A stretch of DNA of 32,534 bases. It comes from a virus. Lineage: Duplodnaviria > Caudoviricetes. The translations under genes were made by a program, and so were the position numbers. Below, in pieces: positions 16,234-25,742 of the stretch. The number at the start of each line of letters is the position of its first letter. Position 1 is the stretch's first letter. The notes under the pieces are model-generated. The model was not told the origin of the DNA. It saw only the letters and a program-made list of their open reading frames with translations, and searched no databases. Location: positions 1-32,534 of IMG/VR virus record IMGVR_UViG_3300019784_002254. The stretch is one strand, 5' to 3'.

Positions 16234-18495
16234 ATGAGCAAAAATGTTACTATTAAAAAAAGAAATGGCGCAACTGAAAAATTTGATGTAGAAAAAATCA
16301 ATAAGGTAATTAATTGGGCTATTTATGGCTATAGTGGAGTTAGTTTAACGGATATAGAAATTAACGCAAAAATAAACATACATGATGGCATAACGAGTAA
16401 AGAAATACACAACCTATTGATTGAAAGTGCAGCTAATTTAATTTCTGTCGAAAAACCAAACTATCAATTCGTTGCTGGTAGATTATTGAATTATCAATTG
16501 AGAAAAGATGTATGGAAAGGCAAGCATGCGCCAAGACTATCGGAGTTTCTAAATCAAGGAATTAAAAATAAAGTCTATGATCCTGTTATTTTGGAAAACT
16601 ATTCTGAAGATGAAATAAATAAACTAGGTGAATTTATTGATCACGAAAGAGATTATAATTTTACATATGCTGGTATTAAACAATTATGCGATAAGTACCT
16701 CATTAAAGATAGAATAACTGGAAAAATTTATGAAACTCCACAATTTGCTTATATATTAATTGCTGCTTATGCTTTTGCTAAATATCCAGCAGAGACAAGA
16801 TTATCTTATGTAAGAAAATTTTATGATGCTATTAGTAAACATAAAATTAATTTACCAACTCCAGTAATGGCAGGAGTTAGAACTTCTAGCAGAAATTATG
16901 CTAGTTGCTGTTTAATTGGTGTTGATGATACTAAAGACAGTATTACAGCTAGTGCTACCGCTGTAAGTATGGCTACTGCTAATAGATGTGGTATTGGTAT
17001 TGATGTAAGTAAAATTAGAGCTATCGGTTCTCCAATCAAGAATGGAGAAGTTGTTCATACTGGTTTAATTCCATTTTTAAAAATCTATGAAAGTAGCGTG
17101 AAGGCATGGCAACAAAATGGACTACGAGGTGGAAGTGCAACTTGTAATATTCAATGGTGGCATTACGAAATTGAAGACGTTGTTGTATTAAAAAATAACG
17201 CAGGAACAGATGATAATCGAGTTCGCAAACTTGATTATACAGTTGGTATGAGCAAATTATTTTACGATAGAGTACTAAAAGATGAAGACATTACTTTATT
17301 TAATAACTCCGAAGTTCCAGAGCTTTATGAAGCGTGGGGAACAAAAGACTTTGATAAAGTATACAAAGAATGTGAATCAAAGAAACTAAAACTTAAAAAG
17401 AAAGTATCTGCTAGAAAATTATTTTCTCTTATAATTAAAGAAAGAGTTGAAACTGGTCGTATTTATATTCTAAATATAGATCACGCTAATGAACACGGCG
17501 CTTGGTCTGATAAAGTTACAATGAGTAATCTTTGCACAGAAGTTATTCATCCAACGATTCCATTAAATGATTATCACGATAAAGATGGCGAAATTGGAAT
17601 GTGTATCCTTTCGGCAGTAAATATGCTAGAAATAAAAAACTGGCAGGATCTTGAAAAGACTTGCGATCTTATCGTAAGATTTCTTGATGAAATCATTGAA
17701 CTTCAAGATTATTTTAATATTGCTGCTGAAAATTTTGCTAAAAAACGTAGAAGCCTTGGAGTTGGAATTACCAATCTCGCAGCTTTTCTTGCTAAAAATG
17801 AATTAAAATATTCATCAGATAAATCACTAAATGTTGTAGACGAATGGATGGAACACTTTCAATATTATCTTTTAGAAAGTAGCGTTCAATTAGCTAAAGA
17901 AAAAGGCAAATGCGAAAAGTTCAATCATACAAAATATTCTAAGGGTATTCTTCCAATTGATACTTACAAGGACAAGATTGATGAAATTGTAAAAAGAAAA
18001 TTATCACTTGATTGGGAAAAATTAAGAAAAGATATTAAAGAATTTGGATTAAGACATTCCACATTATCTTCTTGTATGCCTTGCGAAAGCAGTTCTGTAA
18101 TTCAATCTTCAACAAATGGAGTTGAACCAATTCGTAGTCTCATAACTTATAAAATGAGTAAAATGGGTAAACTTCCAGTATTAGTTCCAGGAATTGGAAA
18201 ATTTGAAGAAAATTATGAATTAGCATATGATCTTAAAGATAATACTGGTTTATTAAAAATTAACGCAGTTATTCAGAAATATATCGATATGGCCATATCA
18301 ACTAATGTATATTACAACTATAGTCATTATGAAAATAATATATTACCAGATGCAAAAGTTATGAAAGAGTTAATCTACGCCTATAGCCTTGGTTTAATTA
18401 GCCTATATTACAATAATACAGATGATGGCGATAAAGAACAATCTCTTAATCAAAAAGAAGATAAAGATTGCTCAAGTGGCGCATGCAAATTATAA
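16234..18495 (+). CDS. nrdA: Ribonucleotide reductase class Ia alpha subunit
   Basis: ATP cone (KRNG..EKFD), PTPVM, SCCL, SNLCTE, LYY, C-terminal CSSGAC. Confidence 0.97.
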   Translation: MSKNVTIKKRNGATEKFDVEKINKVINWAIYGYSGVSLTDIEINAKINIHDGITSKEIHNLLIESAANLISVEKPNYQFVAGRLLNYQLRKDVWKGKHAPRLSEFLNQGIKNKVYDPVILENYSEDEINKLGEFIDHERDYNFTYAGIKQLCDKYLIKDRITGKIYETPQFAYILIAAYAFAKYPAETRLSYVRKFYDAISKHKINLPTPVMAGVRTSSRNYASCCLIGVDDTKDSITASATAVSMATANRCGIGIDVSKIRAIGSPIKNGEVVHTGLIPFLKIYESSVKAWQQNGLRGGSATCNIQWWHYEIEDVVVLKNNAGTDDNRVRKLDYTVGMSKLFYDRVLKDEDITLFNNSEVPELYEAWGTKDFDKVYKECESKKLKLKKKVSARKLFSLIIKERVETGRIYILNIDHANEHGAWSDKVTMSNLCTEVIHPTIPLNDYHDKDGEIGMCILSAVNMLEIKNWQDLEKTCDLIVRFLDEIIELQDYFNIAAENFAKKRRSLGVGITNLAAFLAKNELKYSSDKSLNVVDEWMEHFQYYLLESSVQLAKEKGKCEKFNHTKYSKGILPIDTYKDKIDEIVKRKLSLDWEKLRKDIKEFGLRHSTLSSCMPCESSSVIQSSTNGVEPIRSLITYKMSKMGKLPVLVPGIGKFEENYELAYDLKDNTGLLKINAVIQKYIDMAISTNVYYNYSHYENNILPDAKVMKELIYAYSLGLISLYYNNTDDGDKEQSLNQKEDKDCSSGACKL

Positions 18496-18532
18496 GTTTG
18501 ATATTATTATTAATATAATATATAATTATAAA

Positions 18533-19165
18533 ATGAAATATTACTCGCAGATTGGACAAGATAAACTCGTTGATTTTATATTAAAAAATAAAGAGAATGG
18601 ATTCTTTCTAGACATTGGAGCACAACATCCAGAAGATCTTAATAATACTGCTTTTTTTGAAAAATATAGAAATTGGAACGGAGTAGCAATCGAAAAAGGT
18701 TCAATGTGGAACGATAAATGGAGTGATTCTTCAAGAAAAAAAACTTCATATATAAATAATGACGCAAGATTTATAGATTATAACAATATACTACTAAACT
18801 ATAATATAGATATTGTAGATTATATATCTTTAGATTTAGAACCACCACAAGTTACTTTTGATGTATTAAAAGATATACTATCAAAAAATATAAAATTTAA
18901 AGTTATGACTTTTGAAGTAGATGCTTATAGATCTGATAATGTAAAAAATATATCAAGAGATCTTCTTAATTCCAATGGATATCAATTGGCGTATGAATTA
19001 CATTTTACAGACGATGGTCTCACAAATGCGCATGTGGATGATATTTGGATTAATAAAGATTATATTAAAGATTTCCATTCTTTAGAAATTAGTTCTAATA
19101 AACTAGAATATAATTTTAATTTAAATAAGTTTACAAATATAGACGAGAATTGTTTTAAACTTTAA
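18533..19165 (+). CDS. FkbM-family methyltransferase
   Basis: YSQIGQD, GFFLDIGA, NNT..FE..RNWNG, DYISLD; start reassigned to ATG 18533. Confidence 0.85.
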   Translation: MKYYSQIGQDKLVDFILKNKENGFFLDIGAQHPEDLNNTAFFEKYRNWNGVAIEKGSMWNDKWSDSSRKKTSYINNDARFIDYNNILLNYNIDIVDYISLDLEPPQVTFDVLKDILSKNIKFKVMTFEVDAYRSDNVKNISRDLLNSNGYQLAYELHFTDDGLTNAHVDDIWINKDYIKDFHSLEISSNKLEYNFNLNKFTNIDENCFKL

Positions 19166-19171
19166 AAATAT

Positions 19172-19810
19172 ATGAAATATAATTCTCAAATTGGACAAGA
19201 TCAGCTTATTGATTTTATTTTAAATAAAAAAGAAAATGGTTTCTTTTTAGACATTGGAGCTAAAAATGCCGTGAGATTCAATAATACTAATTTCTTTGAA
19301 AAATGCAGGAATTGGAGTGGAATAGCATTTGAAATAAATCCAGAATGGAACAATGAATGGCTTCATAGAAACAAAACATTACATATATGTGCAGACGCTA
19401 GAAATATAAAATATTCTGAATTATTAAAGCAACGAGATATAGAAGTCGTTGATTATATTTCATTAGATTTAGATCCTCCAGAAGTTACATTAGAAGTTTT
19501 ATCTAAACTTTTATCTTCTAATATCGAATTTAAAACTATGACATTCGAAGTGGATGCATATATACAAGATAGAACAAAAGATATATCAAGAAATCTTCTA
19601 GCTTTAAATGGTTATGAACTTGCATATGAATTACATTATACAGATGATACAGACCCAGCATTTAAAAATGTTCATGTAGATGATGTTTGGGTAAATAAAA
19701 AATATATAAAAGAATTTAATTTTATAAAAAGTGTAAATGATAATAAGCTAGAATTTAATCTACGCTTAGAAAAATTTGTAAATATAAATGAAAACTGTTT
19801 TAAACTTTAA
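19172..19810 (+). CDS. FkbM-family methyltransferase (tandem paralogue)
   Basis: Same motifs; collinear with the upstream gene. Confidence 0.85.
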   Translation: MKYNSQIGQDQLIDFILNKKENGFFLDIGAKNAVRFNNTNFFEKCRNWSGIAFEINPEWNNEWLHRNKTLHICADARNIKYSELLKQRDIEVVDYISLDLDPPEVTLEVLSKLLSSNIEFKTMTFEVDAYIQDRTKDISRNLLALNGYELAYELHYTDDTDPAFKNVHVDDVWVNKKYIKEFNFIKSVNDNKLEFNLRLEKFVNINENCFKL

Positions 19811-20852
19811 AAATATAGATACTACTAAACAGCCATTATTTCTTGGAGAAGATTTAAATCTCCAAAGATATGATCGCTTTAAATATCCCATATTTTTTGA
19901 ATTATTTAAAAAGCAAAATGAGAACTTTTGGTGGCCTCACGAAATAGCTTTAGGTAAAGACAGAAGTGATTATAAAAATTTAACAGATACTGAAAGATTT
20001 GTTTTTGATAGTAATCTAAGATTTCAAACCCTTGGAGATAGTATGCTTTCTCGTAGTATTCATTCTCTTAAAGATTACGTAAGTAATCCAGAGCTTGAAA
20101 TTTGCATGAACACTTGGGCGCAGTTTGAGGGTATTCATAGTTATTCTTATTCGTATCTATTGAATAATGTTTATCCAGATCCCACGAAATTTTTTGATAG
20201 TATTATGGAAGATAAAGAAATTACAAGTCGCGCCGAGTTAATTAGAAATAATTTTGATAAAATTCTTGGTGATGATGAAAAGAAAGATCCTAAACAAAAG
20301 ATTTTTGACGCTATTCTTTCTATCAATGTAATGGAAGGACTAGTGTTTTATGTAAGTTTTGCTTGTTCTTTCTATTTTGGGTATCGTGGAAAGATGGAAG
20401 GTAATTCTAAGATTATTAAATTTATTCAAAGAGATGAAGCTCTACATTTCGCAGTCAGCCAAAATCTACTTAAAATTTTAAGAGATGAAGACAAAGAAGG
20501 CTTTACTTCTATTGTTAAAAAGAGTGAAGATAAGATTTACGCTTTCTATGAACAAGCTTCAAAAAATGAAAGCGAATGGTCAAAATATCTATTTAGTAAA
20601 GGTAATTTACTAGGTTTAAATGCAGAGGTTCTCGATGGTTACTCTAAGTGGCTTTGTGATAGCAGATTACGCAGTTTAGGATATAAAAAGATATTTAATC
20701 AAAAAACTAATCCTATATCTGGATGGCTAGACAGCTATTTAGATAGTAGTAAAGTGCAAGTAGCCCCTCAAGAGACGGAGATATCAAGCTATAAGATAGG
20801 CGCAAGGAAAACAGATATCTCTGATGATGATTTTGGTGATTTAAAACTCTAA
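19788..20852 (+). CDS. nrdB: Ribonucleotide reductase class Ia beta subunit
   Basis: FWWPHE, QTLGDS, EGIHSYSY (radical Tyr), EGLVFY, RDEALH, QVAPQETEISSY. Confidence 0.97.
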   Translation: MKTVLNFKNIDTTKQPLFLGEDLNLQRYDRFKYPIFFELFKKQNENFWWPHEIALGKDRSDYKNLTDTERFVFDSNLRFQTLGDSMLSRSIHSLKDYVSNPELEICMNTWAQFEGIHSYSYSYLLNNVYPDPTKFFDSIMEDKEITSRAELIRNNFDKILGDDEKKDPKQKIFDAILSINVMEGLVFYVSFACSFYFGYRGKMEGNSKIIKFIQRDEALHFAVSQNLLKILRDEDKEGFTSIVKKSEDKIYAFYEQASKNESEWSKYLFSKGNLLGLNAEVLDGYSKWLCDSRLRSLGYKKIFNQKTNPISGWLDSYLDSSKVQVAPQETEISSYKIGARKTDISDDDFGDLKL

Positions 20853-20883
20853 TAGATATATATATTAATGTGTAATTATCTAT

Positions 20884-21222
20884 GTGAATTTAGATATTAC
20901 ATTAATATTTAACTTAGTTATGGGAGCAGCTTCTTTTTTAGGAGGATGGTTGTTTACTAGATTATTCTCTCTTTTTGATAAACAAGAGAATCTAATGAAA
21001 GAAATTAATGATAAAACTTTTAGCGATTTTATTACTTTAAGAAAAGAAATGGAAGTGGAAGGAAGAAAACATCAACAAGAGATAGCAGATTTAGCTTTAA
21101 AAATAAGCACAACTTATGTAACTAAAGAATCCTTTGAGACATATTTTGATAGAATTGAAGCTAAGTTAGATCGTAATTTTGATACTATACAAAATTTATT
21201 ATTAAAAAATAAAGATAAATAA
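20884..21222 (+). CDS. N-terminally anchored membrane/coiled-coil protein (holin-like?)
   Basis: One N-terminal TM helix then coiled coil; GTG start 8 nt after GTGTAA. Confidence 0.55.
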   Translation: MNLDITLIFNLVMGAASFLGGWLFTRLFSLFDKQENLMKEINDKTFSDFITLRKEMEVEGRKHQQEIADLALKISTTYVTKESFETYFDRIEAKLDRNFDTIQNLLLKNKDK

Positions 21223-21260
21223 AATAGATTTTTTTAAACTGTGTTCATATTATATAACAT

Positions 21261-21671
21261 ATGAGTAATATTGATTTTGGTAAGCTTAGAGCTTTAATTG
21301 AAGTAGATGACACATTCAATGTATTAAAAGAAAAATACAAAGAAATAGAAATAGATCTATTGAGCTGGAGAGAGAATCCAAGCTGTTCTTGCGGCAAAAG
21401 AGTTCATGAATTTTTTAATAAAACTTCTGAAGACCAAAATGAAATGGATTTTTTAAATAAAATGTTTGAACTCGATAAAGTTAAAGAAAAAATAGAAATG
21501 CAAAAACAAATACCACCAAATATGACCGATTATAGAGGTAAAGTATTTACAGTAGGTAAGACAGATGAAGATTGGTGGAATTTTTGGCAAAAAATTATAA
21601 AAGACAAAGCCGCATTCAGAAGCTTTAGCTTACTAGAAAAAGAAGATTATCTAAAAATTTATTTTCTATAA
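21261..21671 (+). CDS. Hypothetical protein (CxC motif)
   Basis: 136 aa, NPSCSCG. Confidence 0.65.
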   Translation: MSNIDFGKLRALIEVDDTFNVLKEKYKEIEIDLLSWRENPSCSCGKRVHEFFNKTSEDQNEMDFLNKMFELDKVKEKIEMQKQIPPNMTDYRGKVFTVGKTDEDWWNFWQKIIKDKAAFRSFSLLEKEDYLKIYFL

Positions 21672-21688
21672 TAGTGTAAAAACTATTA

Positions 21689-22327
21689 GTGAATTTAAAT
21701 ATCATTGGAATAACTGTCTGCTACAAACATTTAGATGTTTTAAAAGATACTATATCTAATGCTGAAATTTTTTATAAATGGTTCATTATAACCTCAAAAG
21801 AAGATAAAGAAACTATAGATTTCATAAATAGTATTAATCAAAATAATAAGTTTGAGTTGATATTTTTTCCTTTTGAAGAATCAATTAATAGAGGCAAGGC
21901 TATAAATTTAGCTTTAAAAGAAGTTTATAATAAATATCATGATTTTTGGATTTTAAGTATTGACGCAGATATTTATATACCAGATGAGCTTAAAAAATCT
22001 TTTATAGATGGAGTAGTTTTAAATAAAAAAAATATCTATTATACATCTAGAATATTAGTAGACTCTTTTGAAGATTATCTTAATAATAAAGATAATTTAA
22101 ATATATTTCAAAAATTAAGACCAAGATCAATTGGATATTTTCAATTCTTTTTTAAAAAGAATATTTATTTTTCTGAGAAATACGACTCATGGGGAACATC
22201 AGATTTTATATTTCCACAAGATAATTTTGGCAAGAATACAGTTAGAATTTTTTCGCCAGTTATTCATATAGGCAAAATAGAAAAATGGGTTAAAAAAAGA
22301 ACTTATACAGGATTAGAAAAAGTTTAA
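21689..22327 (+). CDS. Glycosyltransferase, GT-A/GT2-like
   Basis: NRGKAINLA, DAD (DxD) motif, GYFQFF, SDFIF. Confidence 0.75.
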   Translation: MNLNIIGITVCYKHLDVLKDTISNAEIFYKWFIITSKEDKETIDFINSINQNNKFELIFFPFEESINRGKAINLALKEVYNKYHDFWILSIDADIYIPDELKKSFIDGVVLNKKNIYYTSRILVDSFEDYLNNKDNLNIFQKLRPRSIGYFQFFFKKNIYFSEKYDSWGTSDFIFPQDNFGKNTVRIFSPVIHIGKIEKWVKKRTYTGLEKV

Positions 22328-23469
22328 GCGCATGGATAGCAAAGTGGATCAAAAGTAAATCTTGTATAGAATCCATATCCAGCGAAAACACCTGATCCAC
22401 CAGCAGAATAATAAGGCCCTTGAAAACTTGTTCTAGATCCAGCATTACATCTAGCTTGAACATCAAGATGATATCTTGGAAATACATAATATACCGTATT
22501 GTTTCCATAAGCTCCAGTAGAAGTTAAGCATTGATATGATCCTGGAGCGCCACCAGCGAAAACAGAATTAAATAATAATGTAAATTTTGTTCCAACTGGC
22601 CCACTAGCTAATCCATATTCCGTGGATATAGCTCCACCATAACGACTACTTGTTCTCGTAATTTTTGACCATGCAACTCCAGCTGGATTTGACCAAGAAG
22701 TAGTTCCCCAAAAATGACCATTATATGTATTGCCATAGCCAGTACTATATACGCACGCAGCAACACAATTATCTGGAGATGGAGTTCCAACTGTATAAAA
22801 AAACCAATTTACTCCAGCAAATCGAGTTGCACTTACATTTGGTCCATCCGCACTGCATCCATGAGCTGGAATTAATTGATTTCCAGCACTCCATGTGCGA
22901 CTTGTATAGAAATTTCCACTTGCTGGCTCTGTTGCCCTTGAGGGAGTATTTCCAACTAAATTATAGCATGCGGAACTTGAGGCAAGATCTGGGCTATCCC
23001 AATAAGAAGTTGTTAATGATGATCCAGCGATTAGTGTGGTTGGTTCACTAAAATAATAAGGCTTTACATCTATAGTTATACCATTATGATTATATCCATT
23101 TAAGAAAGTATAACTAGCTGGACAACTAGTATTTGCAAATTCTGGAGGTTTATCTCTATCAATTACAGCAGTAATAAAATGATTAGTGGACATTCCTGCA
23201 GAATATAAATTAGCATAACTCATATAATTACTTTTACCAGCCAAAGCTGTGCCAACTAAATCATTTTCATTTCCCAAAACAAAAGTATAAGTTCCAGCAG
23301 TTTTTAAATCAAAAGATCCAATCCTAAGTTTATCATTACCCCAAGGATCACTTACATTATTACTATAATATAAATGTCCATTTCTTGCACTACTTCCATA
23401 ACTACTAAAACCACCATTATTAGTCACAGTAATAGCAAGAGCTTTTTTAGTGAAATCTATATAGTCCAT
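22324..23469 (-). CDS. Cys/Gly/Ser-rich putative virion surface or receptor-binding protein
   Basis: 381 aa, low charge, many G/S/T/Y and spaced Cys; lone minus-strand gene in a plus-strand block. Confidence 0.55.
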   Translation of the reverse strand: MDYIDFTKKALAITVTNNGGFSSYGSSARNGHLYYSNNVSDPWGNDKLRIGSFDLKTAGTYTFVLGNENDLVGTALAGKSNYMSYANLYSAGMSTNHFITAVIDRDKPPEFANTSCPASYTFLNGYNHNGITIDVKPYYFSEPTTLIAGSSLTTSYWDSPDLASSSACYNLVGNTPSRATEPASGNFYTSRTWSAGNQLIPAHGCSADGPNVSATRFAGVNWFFYTVGTPSPDNCVAACVYSTGYGNTYNGHFWGTTSWSNPAGVAWSKITRTSSRYGGAISTEYGLASGPVGTKFTLLFNSVFAGGAPGSYQCLTSTGAYGNNTVYYVFPRYHLDVQARCNAGSRTSFQGPYYSAGGSGVFAGYGFYTRFTFDPLCYPCA

Positions 23470-23527
23470 AGTATATTTACATTATTTATATTGAATAAAC
23501 ACAAGTATTATTATATAATATACAATA

Positions 23528-23692
23528 ATGAAAAATTATCAAATAATAAAAAATCTTATAAATGAAATTATAGATTATAACATTTACTTAGATAATCTAG
23601 TTAAAAAAGATACTGATACTGGAGATAATTGGACAGTCTATCATTTAAAATTATTAAAAGGATTAATAGAAGAAAATAAAAATGAATCCTAA
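23528..23692 (+). CDS. Small hypothetical protein (54 aa)
   Basis: Read manually: MKNYQIIK...DNWTVYHLKLLK...NES*. Confidence 0.5.
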   Translation: MKNYQIIKNLINEIIDYNIYLDNLVKKDTDTGDNWTVYHLKLLKGLIEENKNES

Positions 23693-23861
23693 ACCTAGAA
23701 AAAAACAAAAATATTATGGCATATATGCAGAAAACGATAAATTTCTTCATGGAGTTTTTCCTTTTTCAAAAGAAGGCTACAACAAAGCGTTAGAATATAT
23801 TAAAAAAATATCAACTAAACAAAACAAATTTTATATCAAAAGGAACAATAAGCATGTTTAG
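23682..23861 (+). CDS. Small hypothetical protein (59 aa)
   Basis: Read manually: MNPKPRKKQKYYGIY...LHGVFPFSKEG...; overlaps both neighbours. Confidence 0.55.
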   Translation: MNPKPRKKQKYYGIYAENDKFLHGVFPFSKEGYNKALEYIKKISTKQNKFYIKRNNKHV

Positions 23862-24687
23862 TTTAAATAAACAAAATTCAATCATTAAAAATGATATAAA
23901 TTTGGAAGCCTATTGCATTTATGGAAATGCAGATCAAGCGAAAAAGTATATAACACAAGCTTCCCCTAAAAGAGATTGGATGGATAAACATGGTCAAAAG
24001 TATGCTTATAATTGCATTCCAATGGTTGCTGCAAATCAAGCTGGATATTGGATAGTTTATGATAATGAAACAGAAATTTTTTGGAATGGTGGACCTAATA
24101 CGAAAGATGTAAAAATAATACATAGAGATCAAAAGGATGAGTTTAACACATGTTCATCTCATTTTACAATAGGGATCGTTACTTTCAATTTCCCTATCAT
24201 TTTTAAAACACCTCCAGGATGGGGTTTATGGATATCTGGATGCCCAAATTATCCAATTAATGGTTTGCATGCATTAGAAGCTATAGTTGAAACAAATTGG
24301 TCACCATTTACATTCACTATGAATTTCAAAATAACTGAACCCAACAAACTAATCACAATAAAAAAGAATACTCCAATATGCAGAGTTATGCCTTATCCAT
24401 TGAATTTAAATGAAAAAACTCAAATTCAATTTAAAAAGTTAGATGCCAATAAGGAATTAAAAAAAACTCATGAAGAATGGTCCGACTCTAGAACAAAGTT
24501 AAATGAATCATTTAAAAAAGGAGAAACAAAGAAAAGGCAATTTTTCTATAAAGACGGAGTAAATATTAAAGGTGAAAATATTTCAGAAGGTCATCATAAA
24601 TTAAATTATAAGTTTAAGGAAATTAAAAATGAAGATATTGAAAAATGCCCATTCTTATCTTTCATGAAAAAATTAAAAAATAAATAG
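23854..24687 (+). CDS. DUF6065-like protein
   Basis: RDWMD....AYNCIPM..ANQAG, SHFTIG, KTPPGW, G.PNY, VETNWSPFTFTMN. Confidence 0.75.
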   Translation: MFSLNKQNSIIKNDINLEAYCIYGNADQAKKYITQASPKRDWMDKHGQKYAYNCIPMVAANQAGYWIVYDNETEIFWNGGPNTKDVKIIHRDQKDEFNTCSSHFTIGIVTFNFPIIFKTPPGWGLWISGCPNYPINGLHALEAIVETNWSPFTFTMNFKITEPNKLITIKKNTPICRVMPYPLNLNEKTQIQFKKLDANKELKKTHEEWSDSRTKLNESFKKGETKKRQFFYKDGVNIKGENISEGHHKLNYKFKEIKNEDIEKCPFLSFMKKLKNK

Positions 24688-24702
24688 GGTGTAATCTATT
24701 GC

Positions 24703-24924
24703 ATGAGTGATCAAACTCAAGCGTTAGCAATATGTTCAGAATTTGCAGATGAATATGGTTTTGATTCAAAAGATTTAGAAACACTTGTAGTATATACAAA
24801 AAGTGAATATATTAATGAATTAAAAAACCTATTATCAGTAAAAAATTTTAAATTAAAAAGCTTTCAAATATATGGCGATGAAGCTCTGATATATTTCGTT
24901 CCTAAAAAAAGAAAAAAAATTTAA
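24703..24924 (+). CDS. Hypothetical protein
   Basis: 73 aa; GTGTAA 8 nt upstream. Confidence 0.6.
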   Translation: MSDQTQALAICSEFADEYGFDSKDLETLVVYTKSEYINELKNLLSVKNFKLKSFQIYGDEALIYFVPKKRKKI

Positions 24925-24972
24925 AACCTTTAATTATCTTGACTTCTATCTTATATATTATATAATATTAAT

Positions 24973-25182
24973 ATGAGAGTAATATTGTCATACATTTTAT
25001 ATTTTATAGGCGATGTCATTAGCAGAACATTTATGGTTTGGGGAGATGGATATGGATTTAATATTTACAACAAAATTATGCTTATGAGCGTTGATTTAGA
25101 TAACGAAGGAAAAATCTGGAAATATGTTGAACCTAAAAAGAAAAGGAAGAAAAATGCTAAAAAAAATCCTAAGCTTCATTGA
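24973..25182 (+). CDS. Hypothetical protein
   Basis: 69 aa; TTGACT..TATAAT upstream. Confidence 0.6.
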   Translation: MRVILSYILYFIGDVISRTFMVWGDGYGFNIYNKIMLMSVDLDNEGKIWKYVEPKKKRKKNAKKNPKLH

Positions 25183-25447
25183 TTGCACAATGCCAGCAAA
25201 ATCAAAACTAGATCTATATCTAGGAACACTTTATAAAATAAAAGGCGAAGCCCTACCATTTAGATATATCAGATTTACTAATCAAGCTTATTCAAATAAG
25301 CCAGTGTATCATTTCAAGCATCATCAATTAAAAGAATACAAGTTTAATGATCTTTCTAAAGTTGAAAGAGAAGCTAATCCAGAAGAAGTAAGAATATATA
25401 ATTTAATAAAAAATCATGTGAACGAAGTCGCAGAGAATAATGACTAA
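25124..25447 (+). CDS. Hypothetical protein
   Basis: 107-aa ORF; the true start may be the second Met. Confidence 0.55.
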   Translation: MLNLKRKGRKMLKKILSFIDCTMPAKSKLDLYLGTLYKIKGEALPFRYIRFTNQAYSNKPVYHFKHHQLKEYKFNDLSKVEREANPEEVRIYNLIKNHVNEVAENND

Positions 25448-25452
25448 TTTTT

Positions 25453-25524
25453 TGCCTAATAGCACAAGGGTAGTGCGCTTCACTGTTAATGAAGATGTTC
25501 TAGGTTCAAATCCTAGTTAGGCAG
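25453..25524 (+). tRNA. tRNA-Asn(GUU)
   Basis: TGCCTAA/TTAGGCA acceptor, CTTCA-CTGTTAA-TGAAG anticodon arm, CTAGG-TTCAAAT-CCTAG T arm, G73; CCA not encoded. Confidence 0.93.
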
Positions 25525-25539
25525 TTAAATAAAATTTAT

Positions 25540-25626
25540 GGAACGATGGCTGAGTGGTCTAAAGCAGAAGTTTACTAAACTTCCGATGGTTAACTCCATC
25601 CGTAGGTTCAAATCCTACTCGTTCCG
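25540..25626 (+). tRNA. tRNA-Ser(ACU)
   Basis: GGAACGA/TCGTTCC acceptor, GAAGT-TTACTAA-ACTTC anticodon arm, long variable arm GATGG/CCATC, G73. Confidence 0.9.
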
Positions 25627-25742
25627 AATTGATTAATATGAACGAAGAAAATTACGCAGGAGAATGTTTGCTTGTTGTTGGTATGATAATGATATATAGT
25701 ATTATTATATTTGTTATACTATATGAAAGTGTAAAGTAATAC

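Noticed and set aside
16234-20852. Introns or inteins in nrdA/nrdB
   Set aside because: Both ORFs are continuous and of normal length.
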